A stretch of 19,104 bases of DNA from an uncultured Pseudomonadota bacterium (lineage in GTDB: Bacteria > SAR324 > NAC60-12): NCBI GenBank assembly GCA_913020725.1, contig CAJWCD010000071.1, positions 1 through 19,104 on the forward strand, in the 5' to 3' direction. The notes beneath the pieces were generated by a model, which was not told where the DNA came from, searched no databases, and saw only the letters and a list, made by a program, of their open reading frames with translations. This document shows, one piece after another, positions 1 to 8,737 of the stretch. The translations under genes were made by a program, and so were the position numbers. Position 1 is the first letter of the stretch, and each line of letters starts with the position of its first letter.

Positions 1-50
1 TTTACAGGGCGAATTTTGCTGAGGACAGGCACCAACACTCAAGAGGGGGA

Positions 51-329
51 CTATCGGGCCTTGTGATGGGAGTAATTTGGAATTTCCTTCATGAGGCGCA
101 GGTGGTCGAGTACAGCACCAAAGCGCTTAGGATCCAGTTTTGGAAACGCCCTCGTGTAGGACTTCCCAAAATCACCCACCCGCTCCTTCATCCGCGTGAA
201 GATGCCGGCTTGCTTGCGCCCCTTTGCCGCCTCCAGCCGCGCCTGCGCCTCTGAACTGATGCTCTTGCCAAACTCTGCAGTCTCCTCTGCAACCTGAACC
301 GAGACAAGCCCCCGGCGTCCTGCCGTCAT
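51..329 (-). CDS. Possible small hypothetical protein (92 aa from ATG at 329)
   Basis: C-terminal part of ORF 51..482 (MTAGRRGLVSVQVAEETAEF...) reads like a charged, helical protein. It lies just downstream of the hydrolase on the same strand. No family recognised and no clear RBS. Confidence 0.3.
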   Translation of the reverse strand: MTAGRRGLVSVQVAEETAEFGKSISSEAQARLEAAKGRKQAGIFTRMKERVGDFGKSYTRAFPKLDPKRFGAVLDHLRLMKEIPNYSHHKAR

Positions 330-357
330 CTCTGCATCTGCCACATCCCCGTGAGGA

Positions 358-1060
358 TCAGGGAACGAGCCAGTCGCACAGGGCGCGGGTGACGGCTTCG
401 GGCTGCTCCAGTGTGGAGAGGTGCCCGCAGTGCTCCAGCACCGTGAGTGTGGCGTTGGGGATGCTTGCGGCCATTTCCTCATGAAGTTCCAGCGGCGTCA
501 GGATGTCCTCACGTCCGCACAGCACGAGAGTAGGAACGGAGATGGTGGGCAAGGTGGAAACGCTGTTGCTCCTCGAAAGCACAGCGTTGATTTGGTTGCA
601 AAATCCCGTGGGGCCAACGGAGAGGCCCATATCGAGAATCACCTGACCGAGCGCTTGATCGTGCAGGCGGTCGGGATGGACCAAGCGGGGCAGCAGTACA
701 TCAGTGGTGATTTCCGGGAAACGCCCGGATGCGACCATGCGAAGCTGACGGCGGCGGTCCTCTTGACGTTCCGGGGTGTCGAGCCGGGGATTGGTGTCGA
801 GCAGGGCGAGTTGGGTGATGCACTCCGGGGCTTGCCGCCACAGTTCAAAGGAAAGCAAGCCGCCCATCGAAAGCCCGGCGAGGGCAAAGCGTTCCGGGGC
901 CTCAGCCAGCACCTGCTGTGCCATTTCCGCCATTGTGTCGGCCTGGCTCAGGTCCGGAACCCAGCAATCGGCGATCTCCCACAGGGCTTCAATTTGCGGC
1001 TGCCACATGCGCTTGTTGAGGAGCAGTCCCGGCCAGCAGAACGAGGGGAACCCGGCTCAT
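358..1060 (-). CDS. Alpha/beta-fold hydrolase, apparently with a +1 frameshift at ~1033 (pseudogene or sequencing error)
   Basis: Nucleophile elbow GLSMGG, acid in CGREDILTP, His in CGHLSTLEQP. ATG at 1060 overlaps the upstream stop (ATGA) and reads MSRVPLVLL. Removing one G gives the typical N-terminus ...LLPGLLLNKRMWQPQ in frame with ORF 358..1008. Confidence 0.85.
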
Positions 1061-2067
1061 TCGGCAGCGTCCGGCTCGACCGGAGCGGGGCTAGGTGCAA
1101 GAGTGTGCCAGAGCGTGTGTTCGCCGAATTCCGTCCAGCCTTCGGTGAGGCGGCGGTTGCGGACGTAAAGCAGCGAAAGCCCGGAAACGCGCACCCGCCG
1201 ACCCGTGGGCGCTCCCAGCCAGCCATGCCCGTCGTGTGTTCCCAGCCACGTCCAGCGCAGCATCGCTCGAAAGCCTTCCCGCGAGCCGCCCACCCAAATC
1301 AGATCGTCAATGTGATGCGCAAGGTCCGGGAACATCGCCAGCCAACCCAGTACGTCCTCCTGAAAATCCTGAGCGCCGTAGCGTTCGCCCCGTGAATTCC
1401 CGTGCCCCCGGAAGTAGTGGTCCACGCCCGCGTCGGAGCGTCCGACCATGCGGCGGTTCCAGAGCCGATGCAAGGTGGAGCGCAGGAAGGATCCGATCTC
1501 GAAATTTTCTCGCGCGTTGCCGGGGTCGGGCGGAAGCTGACCTTGCAGGCGTTCGATTTCGCCCTGCACTTCGGGGGCTTCCAGAGCGGAAAATCCCCAA
1601 GGCGGGGCTTGGCGAATGGCCTCATCGCTCCAGCCGAGTTGCCGAAGCAGCCCCACCTCGTCCACCGCTCGCCATTCCTCGGCAATGCACTCGTCCGCCA
1701 CGCGCAGCAGCAGCAGCCACGGCTGCACTATGCGCTGCCCGGTGGGCGTTCCGTAAACGCCGTGTCCCAAGTGCGTGCCCACGAAGGTGCAGCGCAACGC
1801 GACCCGGAAGTTCCCGGACTCGTCTTCGCAGGCGAACACCTCGTCAATGAAAAGCCGAGCGTCCGGAAAGCAGGTGAGCTGTTGGGTGACGCGCTCCAGC
1901 CACGCATCCCGCCCGTAGGTCAGTTGGCCCCCCTGAATGATGTTGGCCCGGTGGGTGTAGTGGTCGTACATGCGACCCAGTTCCCGGAACTCCCAGACGT
2001 TGCGGAGGGTGTCGCAGGCAACACGCAGGGCATCACCGAGGTCGTTGCGGCGTGGATTGGAGTTCAC
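1057..2067 (-). CDS. Two-domain SnoaL/NTF2-like ester cyclase family protein (paralogue 1)
   Basis: Two repeats of FPD...R(C/W)T(F/W)xGTHxGHGxxGxPTGxR...E(E/G)W. Likely start is GTG at 2067, overlapping the upstream TGA (GTGA). Confidence 0.85.
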   Translation of the reverse strand: MNSNPRRNDLGDALRVACDTLRNVWEFRELGRMYDHYTHRANIIQGGQLTYGRDAWLERVTQQLTCFPDARLFIDEVFACEDESGNFRVALRCTFVGTHLGHGVYGTPTGQRIVQPWLLLLRVADECIAEEWRAVDEVGLLRQLGWSDEAIRQAPPWGFSALEAPEVQGEIERLQGQLPPDPGNARENFEIGSFLRSTLHRLWNRRMVGRSDAGVDHYFRGHGNSRGERYGAQDFQEDVLGWLAMFPDLAHHIDDLIWVGGSREGFRAMLRWTWLGTHDGHGWLGAPTGRRVRVSGLSLLYVRNRRLTEGWTEFGEHTLWHTLAPSPAPVEPDAAE

Positions 2068-3206
2068 CACAGGCGCTCCGTGGCAAGGGCGGCTCCGGCG
2101 GACAGCGAACCCAGCTTGGCCCAAGTGATGTCGGCGTCCACACTGCCAAAGCCCGCGAAGGTGGAGAATCCGCAATCACTGCCCGCCAGTACCCGCTCCC
2201 GTCCCACAATGTTGGCATAGCGGCAAATGCGTTCGGCAATCAGTTCGGGGTGTTCCACAAAATTCGTCGTCGAATCCAGCACTCCGGGAATCAGGACCTT
2301 GTCCTCGGGTAACTTAGCGTCCCGAAAGGCGGTCCACTCGTGGGAGTGGCGCGGATTGGACCCCTCAAAGGAAAGCGCCTGCGGCTTGGCTTTGAGAACG
2401 GTCGGTAAAATTTTGGCCATTTCGATGTCGCAGTGGTGCGGCCCCTGATAGTTTCCCCAACAAACGTGCAACCGCACCATTTCGGCAGGAATGTTTTCTA
2501 GCGCATGGTTGAGCGCCTCAATGTGCAGTTCCGCCATTTCAAGAAACTCTGCGTCCGACTTATCCTTGAACATCATGTGCCGACCCAGTGCCAAATCCGG
2601 GCTGTCAACCTGCAAAACCAGCCCTGTGTTGACAATGCCTTCGTATTCAACGCGCATGGCCTCGGCGAGGGCAAACAGGTAGCTGCGGTGGTCCGGATAG
2701 TGGTCGTTGGGCTGGAAGAGCGCGATGACTCCGGGCGAGGCTGCGTTCAGGAATGCTTCGGCGACTCCGGATGCGGCCAGTGCGGCCTGAAAGTTGTCGA
2801 GGTCGATTTGCAACGGCTGGAGGTCTTTCACACCCACGTCACCTGTGCAGCGCGGTCGGGTGTAGGACGGCACCCCTCCGCTTTTCGCAATGCGCTTGGA
2901 AAACTCCGGATATTCCTCCAAGTCCTTGGGGGTGCAGCGTGGGCTGTCGCCCTCGAATCCGGTGAGGCGATCCTTGATGTAGGTCGCATAGCTGATCTTG
3001 CTTTGCTCGCCATCGCTGACAATGTCCACCCCCGCGTCCTTTTGCTTGCGCACGGTTTCCTGCACCGCCTCGGCGATCACGCGGTCATACTCGGCAAGAT
3101 CGTACTCCTTCTGCCCTTCCTTGGCGAAGACGAGTTCAAAGACGCGTTGTGAGCGCGGCAGGCTGCCAACGTGGGTGGTGAGAATGCGGTCGCTGCTCAG
3201 TTTCAT
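2064..3206 (-). CDS. Cobalamin-independent methionine synthase II family protein (stand-alone MetE C-terminal domain; epoxyalkane:coenzyme M transferase-like)
   Basis: TTHVGSLPR, SDGEQ, Zn ligands LHVCWGNY (HxC), E in LSFEGSNPRH and DCGF. 380 aa, with no N-terminal MetE domain. AAGGA RBS. Confidence 0.9.
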   Translation of the reverse strand: MKLSSDRILTTHVGSLPRSQRVFELVFAKEGQKEYDLAEYDRVIAEAVQETVRKQKDAGVDIVSDGEQSKISYATYIKDRLTGFEGDSPRCTPKDLEEYPEFSKRIAKSGGVPSYTRPRCTGDVGVKDLQPLQIDLDNFQAALAASGVAEAFLNAASPGVIALFQPNDHYPDHRSYLFALAEAMRVEYEGIVNTGLVLQVDSPDLALGRHMMFKDKSDAEFLEMAELHIEALNHALENIPAEMVRLHVCWGNYQGPHHCDIEMAKILPTVLKAKPQALSFEGSNPRHSHEWTAFRDAKLPEDKVLIPGVLDSTTNFVEHPELIAERICRYANIVGRERVLAGSDCGFSTFAGFGSVDADITWAKLGSLSAGAALATERLW

Positions 3207-3229
3207 GCGGTTCCTTTGAAGTGTTCTGG

Positions 3230-3257
3230 ATTATACCCTAGGCTATTGCAGTTGCAA
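3230..3257 (-). promoter_or_regulatory. Sigma70-like promoter for the MetE-like / SnoaL / hydrolase operon
   Basis: Minus strand TTGCAA (3257-3252), 16-nt spacer, perfect TATAAT (3235-3230), just upstream of the ATG at 3206. Confidence 0.6.
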
Positions 3258-3330
3258 ATCCGTTCAGGGACTCGGCAAAACTTAGGCTTGTTCTCTTCAG
3301 GACGGAGAGTCCGGATTGTGAAAAAACCTC

Positions 3331-3359
3331 TTGCATACGATTGCATACAGGAGTACAAT
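3331..3359 (+). promoter_or_regulatory. Sigma70-like promoter for the ABC operon with an overlapping LacI-type operator (TGCATACGATTGCA, 3332-3345)
   Basis: TTGCAT (3331-3336), 17-nt spacer, TACAAT (3354-3359). The operator matches the palindrome TGCATACGTATGCA at 12/14 positions. Confidence 0.7.
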
Positions 3360-3551
3360 ACCACACCTTGTGGACGAAGCAAGTGAACTTCACGGTTGAG
3401 TCTGCAGAGCAAGCCGTTTGGTTGATTTACGGCAAACCCAGTGAACGATCCAACCCGGAAGCAGATGGACCGGAAGGCAAGTTTGCGCAATCCATAGCCG
3501 GGCGGAACGCCCCTAGGGGCGAGAAGTCCATTTTCCTCAAAGGAGAGTACG

Positions 3552-4763
3552 ATGAAAATATTCAAACTGGTGCTGATTGCAGTGGCACTCGTAGCGTCTG
3601 GAACTGCTCAGGCGGCCTGCGGATTCAAGAACAGTGTGTCGCTGAAGTCGCTGACGGCGGGCTTTCAGGCGTGGAAATCCGTCACCAGCGCCATGGCCGA
3701 GTGCGGCAACTTTGAACCGGTGCTTGATCAGGAGTTCCGCAAGAAGCAGCCCGTCGCCTTTTCGGCAAATCCGGCGCTTTATCAAATTGGTGGCGTGTCC
3801 AACGGCACCATGGTTCCGCTCTTGAACGAGGGTACGATCCGTCCACTAGACAGCTTGGTCACCAAGCACGGACAGCATCTCAAGCCGAATCAGTTGATCA
3901 AGATTGACGGCAAGATCATGGCCGTGGCCATGATGGTCAATGCCCAGCACTTCATGTACCGCGAGGACATCCTCAACAATCTGGGCATTGCCGTGCCCGG
4001 TACCTACGGCGAAGTGCTGGCGGTGGCTGAGAAGATCAAGCAGGCGGGCGTTGTGGACTACCCGCTGGGCGGCACCTACAAGGCCGGATGGAATTTGGCG
4101 GAGGAATTCATCAACATGTACCTTGGCTTCGGCGGTGCGTTCTTTGGTTCCGGCAATTCCCCGACGGTCAACAACATCGAGGGTATCGTCACGCTGGAAA
4201 CCATGAAGGAACTGACCATGTACATGGACCCGGAGTATCTGGTTTCGGACTCCACCTATGTGCAGAAGCAGTTCCAGCAGGGCAAGATCGCCATGGCGAA
4301 CCTCTGGGCCACCCGTGCTGGTGCGATGGATGACGCCGCCGAATCTCAGGTGGTGGGCAAGGTGCAGTTCTCGTCGGCTCCGGCTCCGACGGCAGGCAAC
4401 CGCCCGGCCTCGACGCTGTGGTGGGACGGCATCGTGATTGCCAAGAACATCTCGGACACTCAGGCCGAAGCCGCCTTCCGCGTCGCGATGGAAGGACTGG
4501 ACAGTGAGATGGTGCAGGCCAACAATGCGGATGCCATTTGGCTGATTGACGGCTATGCGCCCGGAAAAGCCGCCAAAGGCGCGTCCGACACCGCCGCCAA
4601 TGGCGCGGTTCCGTATCCAGCCAGCAAGCAGATGGGCATGATGCACACCGCCCTTGGCAATGGCATCGCCGACTTCCTGATCGGGAAGAAGGACGCCCGC
4701 ACGGCACTCGCCGACATTGAGGCGGCCTACACGACCTCCGCCAAGGAAGCGGGGTTGCTCTAA
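3552..4763 (+). CDS. ABC transporter extracellular solute-binding protein (carbohydrate/CUT1 type)
   Basis: Sec signal peptide ending in AQA-A, family-1 SBP motifs (G-IRPLD, FMYREDIL, FQQGKIAM), AAGGAG RBS, followed by two permeases. Confidence 0.92.
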   Translation: MKIFKLVLIAVALVASGTAQAACGFKNSVSLKSLTAGFQAWKSVTSAMAECGNFEPVLDQEFRKKQPVAFSANPALYQIGGVSNGTMVPLLNEGTIRPLDSLVTKHGQHLKPNQLIKIDGKIMAVAMMVNAQHFMYREDILNNLGIAVPGTYGEVLAVAEKIKQAGVVDYPLGGTYKAGWNLAEEFINMYLGFGGAFFGSGNSPTVNNIEGIVTLETMKELTMYMDPEYLVSDSTYVQKQFQQGKIAMANLWATRAGAMDDAAESQVVGKVQFSSAPAPTAGNRPASTLWWDGIVIAKNISDTQAEAAFRVAMEGLDSEMVQANNADAIWLIDGYAPGKAAKGASDTAANGAVPYPASKQMGMMHTALGNGIADFLIGKKDARTALADIEAAYTTSAKEAGLL

Positions 4764-4774
4764 TCCTCACAATT

Positions 4775-4805
4775 GTTCCGGAAGGCTAAGCCCTTCCGGA
4801 ACTTT
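4775..4805 (+). terminator. Intercistronic stem-loop (partial terminator or mRNA stabiliser) after the SBP gene
   Basis: GTTCCGGAAGG-CTAAGC-CCTTCCGGAAC: perfect 11-bp stem followed by TTT. Confidence 0.7.
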
Positions 4806-4826
4806 CCGCCTTGTGGATCGGCAGTA

Positions 4827-5846
4827 ATGAAATTCAAGACCTTCGCGCTGTTTGTTGGCCCGTCGGTCTTTCTCATGTTCCTGTTCATCGCCGCCCCCCT
4901 GTTCAGCGTTTTCTGGCAGAGCTTCCACCTCACCAAACCCGTGTTTGAAACTGTGGAGGTGGAAACCTGCACTCCGGGTTTCACGGGCCAGACCTGTGTG
5001 GTCGAAAAGAAAACGCGCCCGGTTTTTGACGCCCAAGGCAAGCCCAAGACGGAAACAACCTTCGTCGGCCTGCAAAGCTACCGCAACCTCATTGAACCGG
5101 ATCGTGCCTTTCCGGCCATGGTGGACGGTGATTGGACCAAGCTGCTGACCATCGACTTCTGGAAGGCGCTGCGCTTCACGCTCACTTTCACCTTCATTAC
5201 CCTTCCCCTTGTGATCGCAGTTGGGTTTGCCATTGCGCTCGCGGTCGACAACACCCTCCGCGCCCTGCGCGGCCCGGTGATCTTCCTTTCGCTGCTGCCC
5301 TTCATCATCACTCCGGTGATCGGAGCGCTGGCGATCCGCTGGCTCTTCATCGGCGACGGCATCATGACCGCATTGCTGGAGTGGTGGCTGGAGCGCGACA
5401 TCGCCCTTTTTGCGCAGGGCTGGACGATTGAGCTGCTGATGCTCTTCTACCGCGTCTGGCACGCCGCGCCCTTCGCCTTTGTGGTGCTGTACGCGGGCCT
5501 CCAGACCGTGAACCAAGACGCGCTGGAGTCGGCCATCATTGATGGGGCGAACCGCTGGGAACGCCTGCGCTACATCGTTATCCCCCACCTGATGCCGCTG
5601 CTGATTTTCATTTCGCTGATTCACCTGATGGACACCTACCGGGTGTTCGAGGAGGTGGTGGGCTTCTCCAGCCAAGCGCACGTGATCTCGCTGCAATGGC
5701 TGACCTATGACTTCCTGACTCCGGACGACAGTGGCAGCCGTTCGATTGGCCGTGCTTCGGCCAGCGCGATGCTGACCATGATCGGCATTGCTATCATTCT
5801 GGTTCCACTGTTACGCCGCACCTGGCGTGATCACAAGGAGGGGTGA
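4827..5846 (+). CDS. Carbohydrate ABC transporter permease (MalF-like)
   Basis: Multiple TM helices and EAA loop ALESAIIDGANRWERLRYIVIPHL. Start taken as ATG at 4827 (MKFKTF). Confidence 0.92.
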   Translation: MKFKTFALFVGPSVFLMFLFIAAPLFSVFWQSFHLTKPVFETVEVETCTPGFTGQTCVVEKKTRPVFDAQGKPKTETTFVGLQSYRNLIEPDRAFPAMVDGDWTKLLTIDFWKALRFTLTFTFITLPLVIAVGFAIALAVDNTLRALRGPVIFLSLLPFIITPVIGALAIRWLFIGDGIMTALLEWWLERDIALFAQGWTIELLMLFYRVWHAAPFAFVVLYAGLQTVNQDALESAIIDGANRWERLRYIVIPHLMPLLIFISLIHLMDTYRVFEEVVGFSSQAHVISLQWLTYDFLTPDDSGSRSIGRASASAMLTMIGIAIILVPLLRRTWRDHKEG

Positions 5847-5848
5847 CG

Positions 5849-7009
5849 ATGGAAAACCTACCTCGCGCCCTGCGCCAGCCTTTTTTCCTGAAAGTAACCA
5901 CCGGTATTTTCTTGGGTTTCTGGTGCTTGCTGGCCGTGTTTCCGATTTTCTGGATCGCGGTGATGAGTTTTAAGGTACCGGTCGAGGCATTTTCTTCAAA
6001 TCCGTTAGCGGTGATTTTTGGTCCGCAAACCCGCGCCACCGGTAAAGGACTCTCGTTGTTGGACCTCATAGCTGGAATTGCGATGCTGGTGCTGGCAGTG
6101 CGGATGGCGATGCACTGGTTGCCGAATGCCGTCCGCCGTCATGCTCCTGCGAGCCAAGCGTGGCTGGGCTGGATTTTCGGGGTCGTACTCTTTGGAGCCG
6201 GAGTGGCGGTGGTTTTTCTTGAATGGCTGCCCGGATTACTCGGTGTGCTGAATCCTGCACTCGGTCCGCTCGGTGTCCCACTCATCGGCCTGACTCCGGA
6301 GCATTACATTGCCGTGTGGGTGGAGAACGAATTCTACCGCAATTTCATCAACTCGCTGATCGTGACCACCGGAGTGGTGACGATCTCGCTTTCCGTGGGG
6401 ACTCTGGCAGGCTATGGCCTGGCGCGCTCCCACACGAGCTTGGCGTTCTGGATTCTCATCATCGCGCTCATTTTCCGGGCCTTGCCGCATTCGGTGCTGG
6501 TGGCAGGCTATTTGCCGGTATTCATACATTCGGCGGAAATCCTCCGTCCATTCTTGGGCGATGCCGCACCCACACTCTATGGCCAACCGTGGGCGGTGAT
6601 CGCGGTACTGGTTTCCATCAACCAGCCCTTCACGATCTGGATGCTGCGCAGTTTCTTCCAGAACATCCCCTCCGAACTCGATGAAGCGGCCCGAGTGGAC
6701 GGTTGTAACCACTTTCAGGCGTTTCGGCTGGTGATCATACCCGTGATGTGGCCCGGTGTGATCACAACGGGGCTGTTCAGCTTCCTGCTCGCCTACAACG
6801 ACTTTCTGGTAACTTCGCTGTTGCTAGACGCGCAGAACCAAACGATGGTTCCGGCGATCAGCGGTTATTTCAACCGCGAGACCACCACCACCGATCAGGT
6901 GGAAGCCGTGGCCGCCGCGGTCTCCATTACCGCACCCCTGTTCGTGCTGGTGCTGTTCTTCCAGAAGCAGATCATCTCCGGGCTCGTACAGGGCGCGGTG
7001 AAAGGATAA
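5849..7009 (+). CDS. Carbohydrate ABC transporter permease (MalG-like)
   Basis: EAA loop FFQNIPSELDEAARVDGC and C-terminal ISGLVQGAVKG. AAGGAGG RBS precedes ATG 5849 (GTG at 5843 is an alternative start). Confidence 0.92.
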   Translation: MENLPRALRQPFFLKVTTGIFLGFWCLLAVFPIFWIAVMSFKVPVEAFSSNPLAVIFGPQTRATGKGLSLLDLIAGIAMLVLAVRMAMHWLPNAVRRHAPASQAWLGWIFGVVLFGAGVAVVFLEWLPGLLGVLNPALGPLGVPLIGLTPEHYIAVWVENEFYRNFINSLIVTTGVVTISLSVGTLAGYGLARSHTSLAFWILIIALIFRALPHSVLVAGYLPVFIHSAEILRPFLGDAAPTLYGQPWAVIAVLVSINQPFTIWMLRSFFQNIPSELDEAARVDGCNHFQAFRLVIIPVMWPGVITTGLFSFLLAYNDFLVTSLLLDAQNQTMVPAISGYFNRETTTTDQVEAVAAAVSITAPLFVLVLFFQKQIISGLVQGAVKG

Positions 7010-7076
7010 GATCGCCATGACCCAGCAAACAAGGGCTCGTGACGGTTCCCACGCTCAACCTCTGAGGCGGGAACAT

Positions 7077-8159
7077 ATGCCTACAGGCTTCTCCTTCTCC
7101 CTTGGGAACTACTTGGGGGGGGACTCTCGCACCGCTCAGCGCATCCCGGACGATTTTGGCCCTCGTCAACCGATGCGAGGGTTTGAGGAGACCTACCACA
7201 ACATCATCGACTACATTGTCCGCATCACGCACCGCATCTGGGAGGAGTGCAACGTCGAGTACATTCTCGACACCTACTCGGATCAATCCCATGTTTATGA
7301 CGACTATGGGCTTCAGCTAGGCAACCAGAAAATCGTCAGTGACACGCACCACACCACGGGTGCGTTTTCCAACATTGAACTGATCGCGGATGAGGTCATC
7401 TGGGCCGGCAACGATGCAATCGGATTCCATACCTCGCACCGAACCCTGATCCGGGGGACCAATGACGGGGAGAGCAATTACGGTCCAGCCACCAACCGCA
7501 ACATTGACATCTTGGTGATTGCCAACTGTGTTGCTCTGGAGAACGAAATCTTTCTGGAGCATGTCCTGTACAACACCTCCAGCATGCTTCAGCAACTGGG
7601 GCTTGACTTGAACGAGGTGGCCCAACGACTAGCGGCATCTCCACCTTCGGGATGGACAAGGAACGCTCAAACCTGGGAGAGGTTGCGCCAAGCGACTCGG
7701 CCTGAAACGCCGATTTGCATCAGTGAGCCGATTGACGGATTTGATGTAGACCATTTCATCCGCAAGCACTTTGATGAGGTCTGGAATCGAAAAAATCTGG
7801 AAGTTCTCACCGCCAGCAGCACCCCCGATTTTCAGTTTCAGGGACCAACCAACCGAGCTTTCTCTAGTGTTCAGCCCCACCAAAATTTTCTCCAGTCGAT
7901 CTTCATAGCCTTTCCTGACCTTGACTTGCAGGTGGACGAAGTTTACTGGATGGGCAACGAATTGGAAGGCTTTCTAGTCTCTACTCGTTGGAGCGCCATA
8001 GGCACTCATCAGGGGGGTGGCCTCTATGGACCACCGACTGCCCGACAAGTGCAGTTGTGGGGCATCACCCAAAATCAAATCCTTGATAGCCGCATTTCCA
8101 GCGAATGGATGCTGTTCAACGAGTTGGACTTGATGATACAGGTTCAAGCCAGACGCTAG
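7077..8159 (+). CDS. Two-domain SnoaL/NTF2-like ester cyclase family protein (paralogue 2)
   Basis: RQPMRGF...DYIVRITHRIWEE, FPDL...RWSAIGTHQGGGLYGPPT...SEWMLFNELDL. Start is either 7017 or 7077. Confidence 0.85.
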   Translation: MPTGFSFSLGNYLGGDSRTAQRIPDDFGPRQPMRGFEETYHNIIDYIVRITHRIWEECNVEYILDTYSDQSHVYDDYGLQLGNQKIVSDTHHTTGAFSNIELIADEVIWAGNDAIGFHTSHRTLIRGTNDGESNYGPATNRNIDILVIANCVALENEIFLEHVLYNTSSMLQQLGLDLNEVAQRLAASPPSGWTRNAQTWERLRQATRPETPICISEPIDGFDVDHFIRKHFDEVWNRKNLEVLTASSTPDFQFQGPTNRAFSSVQPHQNFLQSIFIAFPDLDLQVDEVYWMGNELEGFLVSTRWSAIGTHQGGGLYGPPTARQVQLWGITQNQILDSRISSEWMLFNELDLMIQVQARR

Positions 8160-8191
8160 CTAGGTTCAAACAGTTTATCTCCGGATCATTT

Positions 8192-8737
8192 ATGAAAGGC
8201 TCCCGTCCGCCACAAGCGGAACTGACGAAGGACAACGACCGCTCCAAAACCGAGGAGACCCGCCACGTCGTCGAGTCGATGGTGGACGGCCTCAACGACC
8301 ACGAAATTGACGGTATAGGGGCGTTCTTCGCCGAGAGCTTCCGCTGGATGGGCAACGCCGGATGCGGCTTCAAGAACGGCCTCAAGGAGTTTCAGGACAA
8401 CTGGCAGCGTCCCTTTCAGGCGGCGTTTTCCGACAAGGTGTGTATCGACGAGGCCCGCCTCGCCGAGGGCGAGTGGATGGCGGCTTTTGGCAGGCAGAGG
8501 GCCACGCACTCCGGAACCTTCATGGGCATCGCCCCCACTGGGAAGCGGGTGGAAATCCGCTACATGGACTTCTGGAAGGTACAGGACGGCAAGATCGTGG
8601 ACAACTGGGTGATGGTCGATTTTCCGCATGTGCTACGCCAACTCGGAGTCGATCCTTTCGACGGCCATGGCTGGGAGGCTTATGAACAAGGCGAGCAAAT
8701 CCTGCCTTGCCCACTGCACGAAGCGGAGGCCAAATGA
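8192..8737 (+). CDS. Single-domain SnoaL-like ester cyclase family protein (paralogue 3)
   Basis: ATHSGTFMGIAPTGKRVEIRYMDFWKVQDGKIVDNW is a canonical SnoaL motif. Start at ATG 8192 avoids overlap with the upstream gene. Confidence 0.9.
   Translation: MKGSRPPQAELTKDNDRSKTEETRHVVESMVDGLNDHEIDGIGAFFAESFRWMGNAGCGFKNGLKEFQDNWQRPFQAAFSDKVCIDEARLAEGEWMAAFGRQRATHSGTFMGIAPTGKRVEIRYMDFWKVQDGKIVDNWVMVDFPHVLRQLGVDPFDGHGWEAYEQGEQILPCPLHEAEAK

Noticed and set aside
421..3152. Long plus-strand ORFs (421..1395, 1402..2220, 2505..3152)
   Set aside because: Antisense shadows of well-supported minus-strand genes, expected in high-GC DNA. No protein motifs.
2064..3206. Calling the gene metE
   Set aside because: About half the length of MetE, lacks the N-terminal domain, and has no methionine-pathway context.
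3428..3500. c-di-GMP-I riboswitch suggested by GGCAAACC
   Set aside because: The following GNRA-capped stem and GACGCAAAG element are absent.
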